Source: Octopus vulgaris (lineage: Eukaryota). Taken from it: a stretch of 64,000 nt of DNA. The notes beneath the pieces are model-generated. The model was not told the origin of the DNA, made no database searches, and was given only the letters and a program-made list of their open reading frames with translations. Shown piece after piece: positions 12,511 through 26,289 of the stretch; position 1 is the first letter of the stretch, and every line of letters begins with the position of its first letter. Location: assembly GCA_951406725.2 (NCBI GenBank), contig OX597834.1, forward strand, positions 19,654,001 to 19,718,000. Reading direction: 5' to 3'. A program made the position numbers and the translations under genes.

Positions 12511-13104
12511 GCAGTACTATACTACCTTCAAACTTTTTAAATACCTGGGTATTTAAGGCCGATCCCATATATGGAATACTTTAAAGTTTCATTGCATTTT
12601 AGATTAAATACTTATAAGTTATCAATTCCAATTCAGTGATTCTGCACACAATTTATCTGTTGCCATAGAAACTATACTTAAGTTAAACTTTTATAAATGA
12701 CTCTGTGTTCGAGGATGATCAAATACTTTTAATGCTTCTGAAATCCAAAACACTTCAAATAAACCAGATTAATATAATTAAATTGGAAGGTAATGGTAGA
12801 TGGGCAAAGCTTAATTTTTAGCAAATGTTAATTAATAGGTTTAACTGTTCAGTGTTTCTATTTTCATGCATTAAACTCGTCATGCTATAATTCTGCTTAA
12901 TTATTATATTTTTCGTGAATAAGATCAATTGAAACAATTAAATTATTACTAATAAGTTTTAGACACCATAGTGCTAACCATCGTTATAAAATGATAACTA
13001 ATTGGAATTTTTAAACAGATAAAAAGTATTGTAGTTTTCCTGTTTAATTTTAAACATATGTCGTTAGGCTGAACTGTAGAAGAGATTAAAAGTTTAAATT
13101 AATA

Positions 13105-13455
13105 AAGTGCCCCAGCAGAATAACTTTCTTTTCCCACACAAGAGAGGTAGATCCCTAAACTAGGATGCAATGTGCAATGACATGTTCTCTGGGTCCAATC
13201 TGATTGCTTTGGCTGCAAACCTGTAACGCAGAGGAAAGGAAAATAAATAAATACAGGGGCCTGACCGGCTGCTGTTAGTTTGTGCCAGTTGCAATCAAGG
13301 CCTCAGGTATTCTTGGACCCTGCACTATCATTTTCCTCTGCAAAATCAGAAAAACAGGGTCCTGTCTGAGAACTGAGCTCCATGAAGTGGAGTGTCTGTT
13401 GCAATAAGTGTTACCATCCATTCTCCACTGCATTGCCATCATGGTCATCTCCCAT
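13105..13455 (+). mobile_element. CRE-like non-LTR retrotransposon, restriction-like endonuclease remnant
   Basis: With frameshifts and stops: KCPSRITF/FPHKRGRSLN*DAMCNDMFSGSNL..AEERKINKYRGL..FVPVAIKASGILGP, resembling the RPDGxT..WDATCxDT..AExxKxxKY..FxPxAxETxG pattern. Confidence 0.7.
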
Positions 13456-14088
13456 GGGGCACGGCTGGACAAGCCATTTATTCAGGGTGTGCAGCCTGTT
13501 GCTCCCTCTCCTCTATCTGCTGCTGCTTATTCTTCCTCTTTTTTTTTTGGTTTCTTTTCTTTACTTGTAATTAAATTGTGATAAATGAGGAGCCATTACC
13601 AGTGTCATGTAAATGGCACCTGTGCCAGTGGAACATAAAAAGTACCCATTACACTCTCAGAGTGGTTGGCATTAGGAAGGCCATCCAGCTGTAGAAACCA
13701 TGCCAAATCAGACTGGAACCTGGTGCAGCACTGGCTAATCAATTCCAGAGAAGCCGTCTAACCCATGCCAACATGGAAAGCAGATGTTAAATGAATATGC
13801 TTTTAAATGTTAGGCTGCGAAAACAAAATGACTTCATATTAAGATTTTATAGCAAGGGAGAATAATTTAACAAGCTCCTTATAGTTGCTTGCCTAACAAT
13901 GCTACATGTTAGTGAGTTCATGTAATGCAGCATTTAAGCTTTGTGATTTTAGGTTTAGTTTAAGATGAAGTCAACATGTCCAGAGGAAGAGCTCACCCAT
14001 TTTAACTCACTTTATGGTTTGCAATGTCTGAGCCATTGCCTTCTAGGATTAGCCTTCTAAATGTCTCAAGCACATTGACCAGGGTGTT

Positions 14089-14310
14089 AGCTGGCAGAAA
14101 CGTTAGCACGCCGGGTGAAATGCATAGCCGTATTTCGTCTGCCGTTACGTTCTGAGTTCAAATTCCGCTGAGGTCGACTTTGCCTTTCATCCTTTCGGGG
14201 TCGATAAATCAAGTACCAGTTATGCACTGGGGTTGATGTAATCGACTTAATCCGTGCGTCTGTCCTTGTTTGTCCCCCCTGTGTTTAGCCCCTTGTGGGT
14301 AATAAAGAAA
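14089..14310 (+). mobile_element. SINE-B, young
   Basis: High similarity to 9250-9482, with CpGs retained. Confidence 0.9.
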
Positions 14311-14414
14311 CAAATTTTCAGCTTTAGTTAAATTAATGATGAGACAACACTCATATTCATTACAATAATCTCATTCCATGCTTATATATGACTATATAGC
14401 TATGAGGTTCAAAG

Positions 14415-14642
14415 CTTTAGCCTTTAAATAGGGCATGTCTTGTTTAAATATACAACCTGTTTTATGTTTGAAACCAGTCAGATGCAGCCTCTCGCTCCTA
14501 ACCAGTAATGGTTCTCTGAATGTAAACAATAAAATAACATCACTGAAATCTGGACACTACAAGATAATTCATGATTAATTCAAAACAAGGTGAATAAATA
14601 AACATGACATTTGGCAGAATAAACTGAATGCTACAGGGTTAA
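14415..14642 (-). mobile_element. TTAA-type MITE, diverged; same family as 21328-21548
   Basis: Ends GAATGCTACAGGGTTAA; internal reverse-complement similarity to 21328-21548. Confidence 0.6.
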
Positions 14643-15637
14643 TGTTCAACTATAGAGCTATGACGGTTAATATATAATTACATACCTATGATCTTTAGTA
14701 TAAAACTGTATAACTAAGTTATATAATATACAACTTACTACAGAATGAAATTACAACAGTCTCAGCACAAATACATAACAAACAAAGAAAAGAACATTGT
14801 GTTTTATTCAACTGTCTGCCTGGTCACATGACATTTCCAGCTGCTCTTTCTATTTTGTCATGTGATATAATACGTCTGCTATTTGATAGACTTATCTCAG
14901 CGGTGTGTCAATATTTCTTTTTCCTTCTTTTTTATTTCTCACTTTTTTGTTGAAACTAGTGTCTATCCGAGCTAATGAGAGAGACCCTCTTGTGTGGTTG
15001 CTTGATTTGCTAGACATAACAGTCAAATCTTTCTCAAATTACATTTTACTGTCTGAAAGACAAGGACACATTGGATAATGTAATCCTAGATAATCCTGGA
15101 AAAAAAAAAGGAAAACGAAAACCTAATCTGGATGATCCTGCCTGCAATGCCTTTGATCGTTGGTCTGCCAGTCACGGCTGTCTTGGTGTTAAGGAATAAC
15201 AACAAGGGCTGCTGTCTGTCTTCTCTCTGCTATTTTCTTATAACAACAAATAACCTGTTCTCACCTTCGCAACTACATTCTCACGTTCCACCTTTGACTT
15301 TGCTCTTGCTCTCTTTCGGAATAAACAAACACACACACACACACACACACAACTACCACCACCACCACCACACACTACACCACATACACAAACTCACACA
15401 CAAGCAACCCCCCCCCCATGAAGAATAAGTTCTAGAGTCTATTTGCTCGATTAAAGGTAGTGCTCCAGCATGGCCACAGTCAAATGACTGAAACAAGTAA
15501 GAGAGTAAAGAGTATATATATATATATATAACTTATAAAATAAGTTATTCATAAATTTAACCTTTTAAAGGTATTTTTTGATATGCTGGCCATTGATAAA
15601 ATTTTTTTCTTTCGAAAAAAATCTTATCCTACATTAG

Positions 15638-15676
<39 letters not shown>

Positions 15677-15679
<3 letters not shown>

Positions 15680-16560
15680 GGAGAATTCACAAAAACAAAA
15701 GATGAAGACAGGTGATGTAGACAACAAACAGATGTATTAGTTTAATGCTCGGGAAGTGAAAAAGTCTTTAACATTTCGAGCCTATGTTCTTCCACAGAAA
15801 GGAACACAGGAAGAAACAAGGTGAGAAAATAAAGAATGTTTAGTGGCTAGCAATCTATCATGGCGAATGCCGGACTGAGGGGTCACACAGGAGAGCTAGG
15901 AAGAAGGGGAAATAATAAAGTAGTGGTGATCCCAAAATGAAGGTGTGCGTGCATGTTTATAAGAGAGTATGTATGTGCATGTAGAAGAGGGCTGGTGACC
16001 TTGCTGTGTGCGTATGTGTATGTGTAGGTTTGTGAATGTGGGGCTGGGAAGTGGACAGTGCTAGTGTGTGCATGGTGGTGTGGTGTGATGTGGCATTGTA
16101 TGTTATGGTGGTGTAGTGGTGTGTGGTGTAGTGTGATGGTATTGGGAGGTGGGGAGGTGAGAGTGGGGAAAGCAAGGGTTGGGTGTGGGTTAAGCTGAGG
16201 GTGGGGATAGAGGTGGGGATATGTGAGAGTGGGTGTGAATGATGAGGTGGTGTGGGATGGGATGGATAGTGAAGGTCGGGTTGGATTGTGTAGGGGTGGG
16301 GTAGGGTTACGAGGGAGGTGTTATGATGAAGGGAGAAGGGAGAAGGTGGGTGGGAATGAAGCGAAGAGAGAGGGAGAGTAGGAGTGAAGAGAAGTGGGAG
16401 TGAGAGCAATAGAGGAGAGGTGGGAGGAAGTAGGTGTGAAGGAGTGATAGGAGAGGGGAGGAGAGTTGAGCCCATGTGGTGCAAAGGAGCAATGAGAGAA
16501 GATTAATCCCGGTGCAAACAGGAGTCTGGATGGCCCCTGTGCAAGAACAATCCGAACATG
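15677..16560 (-). mobile_element. Penelope-like element 3' part: GIY-YIG C-terminus, pyrimidine-rich UTR, terminal segment
   Basis: Minus strand about 16555-16460 reads FGLFLHRGHPDSCLHR then (frameshift) LIFSHCSFAPHGLNS, typical of a PLE endonuclease end; terminal segment homologous to 11640-11830. Confidence 0.8.
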
Positions 16561-16746
16561 TGTGTGTGTGTGTGTCTGCGTGTGAGTGTGTATATAAATA
16601 TATAAATATATATAAACATATGTATATAAACATGTATATAAATATATATATGCATATATATATATTTATGATATAATATATATAAACATATATAAATATC
16701 TATCTATCTATCTATCTCTCTCTATATATATATATTTATGTATATA

Positions 16747-16786
<40 letters not shown>

Positions 16787-16808
16787 TAGATAGATAGATA
16801 GATAGATA

Positions 16809-16999
16809 CTTTATTTAAAAGCAGCAGAAATTCAACAAAACCTGTTACTCTGAGTTTCACGTTCACAAACGGGACCGTGAAACTCAGAGTAACAGGTTTT
16901 GTTGAATTTCTGCTGCCTTTAAATAAAGCATATTACTCTACCCCTTGTATTTGAGTACTCCTTTTTCCACCTTTGTTTCACATTTATGTGTTTACTCCA

Positions 17000-17001
<2 letters not shown>
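16809..17001 (+). mobile_element. Short element with 53-bp inverted arms between (TAGA)n and (TA)n; probable Penelope-type inverted terminus
   Basis: 16809-16861 and 16876-16928 are complementary at 52 of 53 positions; family assignment is inference. Confidence 0.6.
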
Positions 17002-17040
<39 letters not shown>

Positions 17041-17170
17041 TAAATAGATATACACATATCTATATATGTGCATGTGTTTGTGTGTGTATATATAAATATA
17101 TATATTATATATATATAAACATATATATATATATACATATATCTGTATGTGTGTATATATATATACATAC

Positions 17171-17208
<38 letters not shown>

Positions 17209-17908
17209 CTTTTTCTCTGTCTCCCTATTTTATATGATATTTGTGATAAACACTGAATGTCTCTGTATCTATGCAAGAAAGTATAAATCATTTGTGTAAA
17301 GCTGTTAACGTATCCATATCCGTCCTGCCATTAACTTATAGCTGTACATGACAAACTTCAGTTGCGGTCATCATAGGACTGAAATAAAATCGGTAAAACA
17401 GTGCTAACTAGCCACGTGAATTTATGGCCAGAACTGCAAAACTGTTGCTAAGATGACATATTGATTCAACATTTACAGGGTGGATCTAAAATATATACAC
17501 ACACATATATATATATCCTTGTATGTGTGTTATCATACTCACACATATCAAGCATGTGTGTATATATGTATCTATACATATATGCATGTATGAACTAAAA
17601 TTCACATATTTGCATATTTTACATTGTATAACTGAATTTACTTTAAAAATTATATATGTGCATCTGTGTATATATATATATATAGGTGTGTGTGTGTTTG
17701 TTTGTATATATATATATAGTACTATACATATATATATATATACATACTTAGGTATATATATATATATATATACATATATGTATATGCACACACATGCTCA
17801 TGTCCACACACATATGTATACATTTATGTTTGTATGTATGTATGTATATGTACATATATATCTATGTGTGTGTTTATATATGGATAGATATGTATGTATA
17901 TATATATG

Positions 17909-17955
<47 letters not shown>

Positions 17956-19087
17956 ATGTATGTGTGTATTTATAATATACACAAATGTATTCTACAAATA
18001 TTCATATGTATATATGTGTTTGTATATATGTGTGTGTGTGTGTTTGTGAAGTTGTGTACATGCTTGATTACGCAACAATATACATTCCACACATTTAGTA
18101 TTATATATACATATACACACGTCTGCCTGAAACTACATATAATATATAATGTGTCTCTCTCTCTCTCTATATATATATATATACACATTGCTGTGTTTAC
18201 AAATCCATATTGACTGTTCTATTATTAATTTAATTATTTAAAATTCTCCATTGAAACAAACAATAACTTTAGTTTTGTCTTAATTTAGGTCTAAAATTAA
18301 GTTGCAGTTATTGTCTAGAGACAACATTTCTGAAAGCATTTTACCATTTCTCTGTTTCGATTGGAAGCTTATGTATGAAAAATTTTCCAGTTTTCATAAT
18401 TCTATGTGTAGTAATATTGCTGTCTGTATCGTTCAAAAATCTCAAAACACTTACCAGAATTAGTAGAAATAAACCAAAGCTGGCTTTTATTCAAAAATAG
18501 ATAAAAACAAAAAGATCTCTTCTGTTGATCTTTAAACCATCTTTAGTCAACACTCATCGAATTCTTCTATATAATTCTTTCTCTGTTGCTTCTTGTGTCA
18601 CCTTTACTATTATGGTACTTAGGTACTTTACCTGTCTTTTATAGAGTAATAGAGAGTGTGAGTTGAATACAGAAATCATTTAGAAAAGACTACTAAGATA
18701 AATGCCAAGCATCTCAGACGATGGTTGACAGTGTACTGTGGAAATATTTAATAAAGAATTAAATTTTACCATTTTTTATAAAATTATTTGATCTACGTGA
18801 CGTTTGGTAATCAGGGGTTGTTGCTTAAGAGACGAGGAAGCATTTTGAAAGATAGAAATTTTTAATTGGATTTCTACACTGAATGCTTACATATCCACCT
18901 ATCTATCGCTCTGCCTGTCTGGCTGTATAATTATTATTATTATTAAGGCGGCAAGCTGGCAGAACCGTTAAAATGATGGGCAAAATGCTTAGCAACATTT
19001 CGTCCATCTGAGTTCAAATTCTGCCGAGGTCAACTTAACCTTTCATCTTTTTGGAGTTGATAAAATAACTACTTCCCAACCTCCCAA

Positions 19088-19309
19088 CCTGGCCCTTTCC
19101 CCTGTTCCCACCTATGCTGCTGCACTTGCCCCTACTTCTCCAACACCACCATCCTCACAGGCACCCATCATCATCTCAATTATATCACTGACTCCTTTTC
19201 CTGAACTTCTAGCAATGTCATTTACTGTATATCCTACTCTTCCTGTCCTTCTCTGTACATCAGCTGCTCAGCTGAATTGTTTGTGGAGCACCTCCAAGAC
19301 ATTAGACTC
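19088..19309 (+). mobile_element. Penelope GIY-YIG endonuclease fragment, one stop and a short in-frame deletion
   Basis: PGPFPCSHLCCCTCPYF..ITDSFS*TSSNVIYCISYSSCPSLYIS-CSAELFVEHLQDIRL matches the pattern FTCTSSNVIYCIxCxxCxxxYIGxT..RFxEH. Confidence 0.85.
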
Positions 19310-20087
19310 AGTTTCCATCGACGAAATACACTCACAACACTTTTTGTCAGCCTGAGCCTATAGTAGAAGACACTTGCCTAAGGTGCCATGCAGTAGGACT
19401 GAACCCAGAACTGTGTGGTTGGTAAGCAAGCTACTTACCACACAGCCACTCCTGCATCATTATTTTGATGTTTCTTCACATGGCTTGTTTGCTTGTTCGT
19501 ATTTCTTACAGAAACAAACATTTCTTTTGTTGTGTTCACATCCCTCCTGGTGATTTGTCGTTTCCTCTGTTATTGGCTGTTGTCTTCATTAAAATAAAAA
19601 TTTACCTCAGTTGCTTGCTTTTGTGTTCTGTCTAAAGAATTTTAGGATACATCAGCGTTGATTAACGTAAACCTAACAGATAGAGACATTTCGCAGATGC
19701 TGAGAACTGTGAAAAAAATAAATAAAAAAATAAACAAATAAATAAGATGAAATAAAATAGAATATAATGAAATTTAAAAAAAAAAAAGGCAGTAATAAAA
19801 ATTGCTTCACTGTCACCATTGAAAAACTTGGGAATGTGTAAAAGAATTTTTAAGTCTTGGAGACAAAAAGACAACCACCATTCTGAATTGTAATATTTGT
19901 ATCAATCTTTATGATTATTGGTGTTGTTTTGTTGTTTTATTGTCAAAATGTGTATGTATGTATGTATGTATGTATGTATGTATATACATATACATAGCAA
20001 CATACATACATACATACACATACACACACACACACACATATATATATACATATGTATATATATATATACATATACATACATATATAT

Positions 20088-20140
<53 letters not shown>

Positions 20141-20904
20141 TATATATATATATATACACACACACATATATATATATATATATACACACACATACATAAA
20201 TATATATACATATACAAACACACACATATGAACATATACGCATATATAAAATCCCACTTTGATTTATGCCTACATATATGCATATAAAATGTATATGAGC
20301 ATACATGTATGTGTGTGCATGTATATACATGTGCGTGTGTATGCATGTATATATGCATATCATGCATACATATCTGTATGCGTGTATATATGTACGTTAT
20401 GTATGCTTATAGCTTTATTTGCACATATGCACACATGTGCACATATGCCCACATGTGCACATACACACACACACGTTTATACAAAGAAAATTAAATGTTT
20501 AAACATTTAGAATGATTCATGATTTTACATAAAATTCGAAATTTTAAGGCATTCTGATAGAATTCCTTTGACAATACAAACAGCATATATCTTGTTACAT
20601 TTCATTATAGCATTGTGTTACCTTTGTGGGGAAGAAAGGTATTTGCTAACATTTTACTGTTTCATTGCAATCTTTTTATTTTATTTTCCCAACATGCCAG
20701 AAACAACATTTTGTAGGCTGGCAAGAAAGGTTTATATTGTTTTGAGTGTCTTCACTTTGGTTTTGCTAGCATTTGTTTTATAATCACCTTTCTTTTATAA
20801 ACATGCAGCCGAGGTGACATCTTGAAAATAAACATAATGTTGCCTATCACATCATTTAAACTTACTATCGATGCTGCAAAAATTATTCTTCAGACCTGAT
20901 TGAT

Positions 20905-21062
20905 CATCCATCCATCCATCCATCCATCCATCCATCCATCCATCCATCCATCCATCCATCCATCCATCCATCCATCCATCCATCCATCCATCCATCCATC
21001 CATCCATCCATCCATCCATCCATCCATCCATCCATCCATCCATCCATCCATCCACCCACCCA
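20905..21062. repeat. (ATCC)n microsatellite
   Basis: Near-perfect tetranucleotide run of about 150 bp. Confidence 0.97.
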
Positions 21063-21208
21063 CACTGTCCCCTATTGCTTGAAGAATCATGGGAGAAAAG
21101 TCCTTAGGCACCCCCTCTATGGGATTTGTAAGGGACGTTTGATACTTGTTTGCAGACAAGGGGTATGTTTCTGTCCTTTTGACCTCATCAGCATATCACA
21201 GTCTAACC

Positions 21209-21686
21209 CACTGTTTCTCAACCATTCTTTTTCCCTCGATCCCTTTGATCCCTGTTTCATACAGATGGACCCTCATAATGATTCCATCTTGAAAAAAAAA
21301 AAAATCCTATTTCATTTCTATAATCAACCCTTTAGCATTCAGATTATTCTGTCAAATGTAATCCCTTATTTATTCATATCATGTTAAATTAATCATGGTT
21401 CATTTCAGAGCTTTGGGATTTCAATGATGTGATTGCTTATTTCTGGAATGACACTGTAGGGTAGGCATGAGAGGCCAGATCTGGCTGGTGTGAACGTAAA
21501 ACAGGTAGAGTGTTTGGGCGAGATATGGCCACATGAAATGCCAAAGGGCTAAATATTTTTAGGAATTGTATAAAAAAAATTTTAATATTTTGTGTATTGT
21601 TGAATTATAATGAATTTATTTCACAAATTTTAACAAGATCTTAAATGGATACCCAAGAATCATTGGATCCTAATTGAGAATCATTG
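21209..21686 (+). mobile_element. hAT-like MITE with 8-bp TSD
   Basis: Flanks GTCTAACC and GTCTAACT (7 of 8 match); ends CACTGTTTCTCAA and TTGAGAATCATTG. Confidence 0.75.
21328..21548 (+). mobile_element. piggyBac-like MITE nested in the hAT MITE
   Basis: Ends CCCTTTAGCATT and AATGCCAAAGGG; degenerate TTAA flanks (TCAA, CTAA). Confidence 0.7.
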
Positions 21687-21714
21687 GTCTAACTAAACCT
21701 GTCAAAGATTTTTA

Positions 21715-22145
21715 CGTGGCTGTGTGGTAAGAAGCTAGCTTCCCAACCACATGTTTCCAGGTTCAGTCCCACCGTGTGGCACCCTGAACAAGTGTCTTCT
21801 ACATTAGCCTTGGGCTGACCAAAGCCTTGTGAGTGAATTTGGTAGATCAAAACTGAAGGAAGCCTGTTGCATATATATATATATGTGTGTGAGTGTGTGC
21901 GTGTATGTATGTATGTATATATTTGTGTGTTTGTAGCTGTGTCCCTGCCACCATCGCTTGACAACCGATGTTGGTGTGTTTACATCCCCATAACTTAGCA
22001 GTTGGGCAAAAGAGACTGATAGAATAAGTACTTGGCTTACAAAGAATAAGTCCTGGGTTCGATTTGTTTGACTAAAAACCCCTGTAAGGTGGTGCTGTAG
22101 CATGGCCACAGTCAAATGACTGAGAAAAGTAAAAGAGTAAAGAAA
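21715..22145 (+). mobile_element. SINE-A, full length
   Basis: Head through tail colinear with the other A copies. Confidence 0.9.
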
Positions 22146-22722
22146 GAAAAGAATAAAATATAGTATTAATTATACTCTTCATCCATCCATATTTTCCCCC
22201 TTTTTCCACCCACTGTTCCTGGGGGAGGGGTTGAAGGAGTGGAAGGGTGTTGATGGACATGCCTGCATCGTCATTGTATCACTGAATCGACCAGATTATT
22301 AAATTTTGTTATACACCACTGGCCACAGTGCATTTCCTCATATTGTTGTAACGTTCACATGATGGATACCCAGTGGTTAAGTGTGTAGAGCAACGTTCCC
22401 CATGGACTGGAGCAAACATGAAATGAAGTGTTTTACTCAAGGACACAATGCACTGCCTCATATAGGAATCGAAACCTTGATCTTGCAATCATGGGGGCTA
22501 CACTCTTACCATCAGGCCATGTGCCTCCACATATACATCATAATTAAAAAAAAAAATCTTTTTCTTCCATTTCACTGTTGTATTTTCCTTTTATCATTCT
22601 TCTTCCCCACCACCCTCCTCCACCACTTCATCATCAGCACTAATTACGGTGACCATAATTGGAACATTTATCATCTCATTCATTGTAATTATTATCATTA
22701 CTGAAGCTTGACCATCACCACC

Positions 22723-22774
<52 letters not shown>

Positions 22775-23084
22775 CCATTATCATATTTTAAACATCAGTT
22801 CTTCTTTCTTGTTACCATTGTAATTATCATCTTTGTCATCGTTATTCATCTTCGTCAAAATCTTATTACATTGTAAACTTTGTATTTTCACAATTAATAA
22901 CTCCATTCTATTTTCTAATTACTTTTATTGTGTCCAAGATACCATTCATTAGTCCTGTCCGGCAGAGACATTCACCTTCATAGATAACTTCTTTTTTTTT
23001 TTATTACAAACCATTTTAAAAAGTTTTAAATGACTGTAGATAAAAAAAAATAATTCACAGTGATTTTATTTACTTCGAAGAGTA

Positions 23085-23400
23085 AAAATCCTAATGTTCT
23101 CTAAAAATTAACAGTGCTAATGACACACACATACACACAAAGTACATTCTCTTTCCAAATAGGACCCTTTGACTTCAATGCACTTGTGTTCTGGCCGCTT
23201 GGTGAAAGCCCCATGGAAGTCCCTCTAAGTGAAGGTGTCCAAAATCCTAATGTTCTCTAAAAATTAACAGTGCTAATGACACACACACACACAAACACAA
23301 AGTACATTCTTCTTCCAAGTAGGAACCTTTGACTTCAATGCACTTGTGTTCTGGCCCCTTTGTGAAAGCCCCATGGAAGTCCCTCTAAGTGAAGGTGTCC
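23085..23400. repeat. Tandem duplication of about 156-160 bp spanning a mariner end and its flank
   Basis: 23085-23240 and 23241-23400 nearly identical. Confidence 0.9.
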
Positions 23401-23870
23401 AGGACCCTTGTCACAGGTTCCATTGTCTTCTCCTTTAGTTTGGAAAACAACCAAAATTTACAGGAAGCAAGTTCTAGACAGCAAGGACAGATCTGATGCC
23501 CATCTCTTTCAAGTAGTTGGTTACCAGGGTACTCATCACTGAAGACCCTTAAGAACAAAACTTAGCACAAATTCATTCGTGTTCAGATCTTCATGAATAA
23601 TTCTGTGTTCAGTTGCCGCACAAACTTCAAACTGCATGGTTATTATCTTTGTAGACACACAACAGTCTTTATCCAGAAGATTGCAAATTTCCTCAACCAG
23701 ATGTAATGTTCTGACATCCTTCTCCCTTCCATATCTCATTATCTCTCACCTCCTCTCTGTCACACCCGAACTTCTCGTGCCAGCGAAAAAGTTAATCCAT
23801 AACTGGTCTGGAGCATTTCATAAGCAGTTTCTCATATGTTTGTCCCCAGTTTAACACAAGATTCGAGGAC
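23300..23870 (-). mobile_element. Decayed, internally deleted mariner
   Basis: EEICNLLDKDCCVSTKII..HRIIHEDL resembles the mariner DNA-binding region; related to 1770-2145. Confidence 0.75.
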
Positions 23871-24044
23871 ACGAAGAGCCAGAACAGTTATTTATGCCCC
23901 ATTCTGTTGCAACCTATAAACCTTCTAAAATGTTACCACTCCCCACCAGTAAAGTCTGCACCCCACTCTGAGAAACAATGCAGTTTCGAGTCAAGGCCTG
24001 GATCTTGATTCTTTAAGGGCTTTGAGCAAAGTGGGACCTTATTA

Positions 24045-24320
24045 TTCATCATCATCATCATTTAACGTCCGTTTTCCATTCTAGCATGGGTTGGACGGTT
24101 CAACTGGGGTATGGGGAGCCTGAAGGCTGTGCCAGGCCCAGTCTGATCTGGCAGTGTTTCTACAGCTGGATGCCCTTCCTAACACCAACCACTCAGTGAG
24201 TGTAGTGGGTGCTTTTTACGTGCCACCTGCATAGATGCCAGACAAGGCTGGCAAACGGCCACGATCGGATGGTGCTTTTTATGTGCCACCGTCACGGAGG
24301 CCAGACGAGGCTGGCAAAGG
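24045..24320 (-). mobile_element. SINE-D
   Basis: (CAT)n then TTTAACGTCCG...GGATGCCCTTCCTAA. Confidence 0.85.
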
Positions 24321-24422
24321 ATTAATTAGATTAACATGAAGCATAACAAGTGATGGAAAATAAAATGCAGATGCTTGGCTGTTTGTCCTTCCTTTTAAAA
24401 AAAAAAAATTTCCAATGATATA

Positions 24423-24790
24423 AGCACAGGAGTGGCTGTGTGGTAAGTAGCTTGCATACCAACCACATGGTTCCAGTTTCATTCCCACTGTGTGGCACCT
24501 TGGGCAAGTGTCTTCTACTATAGCTTCGGGCCGACCAAAGCCTTGTGAGTGGATTTGGTAGATGGAAACTGAAAGAAGCCAGTCGTATATATGTATGTGT
24601 GTGTAAATGTTTGTGTGTCTGTTTTTGTCCCCCTACCTCAACATCGCTTGACAATCGATGCTGGTGTGTTTACATCCCCGTAACTTAGCAGTTCAGCAAA
24701 AGAGACCGATAGAATAAGTACTAGGCTTCCAAAAAATAAGTACTGGAGTCAGTTTATTCAAGGCAGTGCCCCAGCATGGCCACTGTCATA
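24423..24790 (+). mobile_element. SINE-A, near full length; an inverted diverged head follows at about 24795-24930
   Basis: Colinear with other A copies. Confidence 0.9.
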
Positions 24791-25749
24791 CAACAGGCTT
24801 CAGCATAGTTCTCATTAACCTAGTTTCACTCACAATGTATTGCAAAGTTCAGTTAGCCTGAAGTTAAGGCAAATGACATCCTCCCATGGTGCTGCAATAG
24901 TGAGATTGAACCCAGAACCACTGGATTGAGAAGCAAGCTTGAGATGTGCAAAGCTGTTGCAGTATTCTAAAATTTCCTGGTAGACATAATATGAAATAAT
25001 AGAAGCAAAATAAATCTGTTTTAGAAAGTGAGGCATCACATGCTAGAAAATGAGATTTTGTCAATTGCATAATTAATGTGAATAAATTGTATTGTCGGTG
25101 AAATGACGCTAATTTCCAGCTTATGTCTACCAAATTCTGATATGCAGTTGTGTGTATGTGTGTGTGTGTGTGGGGGGGGAGTGGATAGAAAAGAAATCTC
25201 CACACAAGAAAATTAGTCAAAGTAAAACACAAAATTAAAACAAGCAAAAAAATAAGAGCAATAAGTAATTAATTAATCAAATAAATAAATACATAAATAA
25301 TTAAATAAATAACTACATAAATAATTAAACAAATAAATAATACCTTTTCTACAGAATGTAATTACAGCTTAAATACCTCATCTATATAAAATAATAAATA
25401 ATTAATCCCACAAAAATATTACATATAGCAACAACAACAATAATAATAATATTGATAATATCGATAATAAAAGTAATAATGGCAGCAACTGCAACAAAGG
25501 GAGTGATGATTGGGATAATGATAAGGATCAAAATGACAATCACAATGACGCTAATTATGATCATTAGGATAAGGATTACTCGTTAATATATCTGTTGTAT
25601 GAGAGGTGGTCGGTTGTATTATATTGAATGGAGCTTGGATTTGCTGCTTGATTCTATTCCATCAAACTTTATGTCAGGGAATTGTCAAGATGACACTGAG
25701 AAAAATTCATGGGCAGCAAATACAAGGCGTTAAATAAGCTCTCTCTCTC

Positions 25750-26148
25750 TTTCTCTCTTTTACTTGTTTCAGTCATTTGACTGTGGCCATGCTGGAGCAC
25801 CGCCTTTAGTCGAGCAAATCGACCCCGGGACTTATTCTTTGTAAGCCTAGTACTTATTCTATCGGTCTCTTTTGCTGAACCGTTAAGTTTCGGGGATGTA
25901 AACACACCAGCATCAGTTGTCAAACAATGCTAGGGGGACAAACACAGACACACATACACACACACACACACATATATCTACATATATATACATATATACG
26001 ACAGGCTTCTTTCAGTTTCCGTCTACCAATCCACTCACAAGGCATTGGTCAGCCCGGAGCTATAGCAGAAGACATTTGCCCAAGATGCCACGCAGTGGGA
26101 CTGAACCCGGAACAATGTGTTTGGTTAGCAAGCTACTTATCACACAGC
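25750..26148 (-). mobile_element. SINE-A, young
   Basis: Near-identical to 61505-61890. Confidence 0.92.
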
Positions 26149-26244
26149 AGCTTGTACAAAAGATTTTTTTCATCCTCTCCACTGTTGTGGTGGTCACCGT
26201 CATTGCAGTAGTAGTGGTGGTGGTGGAGTTGGTAGTAGTAGTGA

Positions 26245-26279
<35 letters not shown>

Positions 26280-26289
26280 ATGGTGGTAA

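Noticed and set aside
15900-16460. G-rich purine tract as a regulatory or G-quadruplex element
   Set aside because: Explained as the pyrimidine-rich 3' UTR of the minus-strand Penelope fragment
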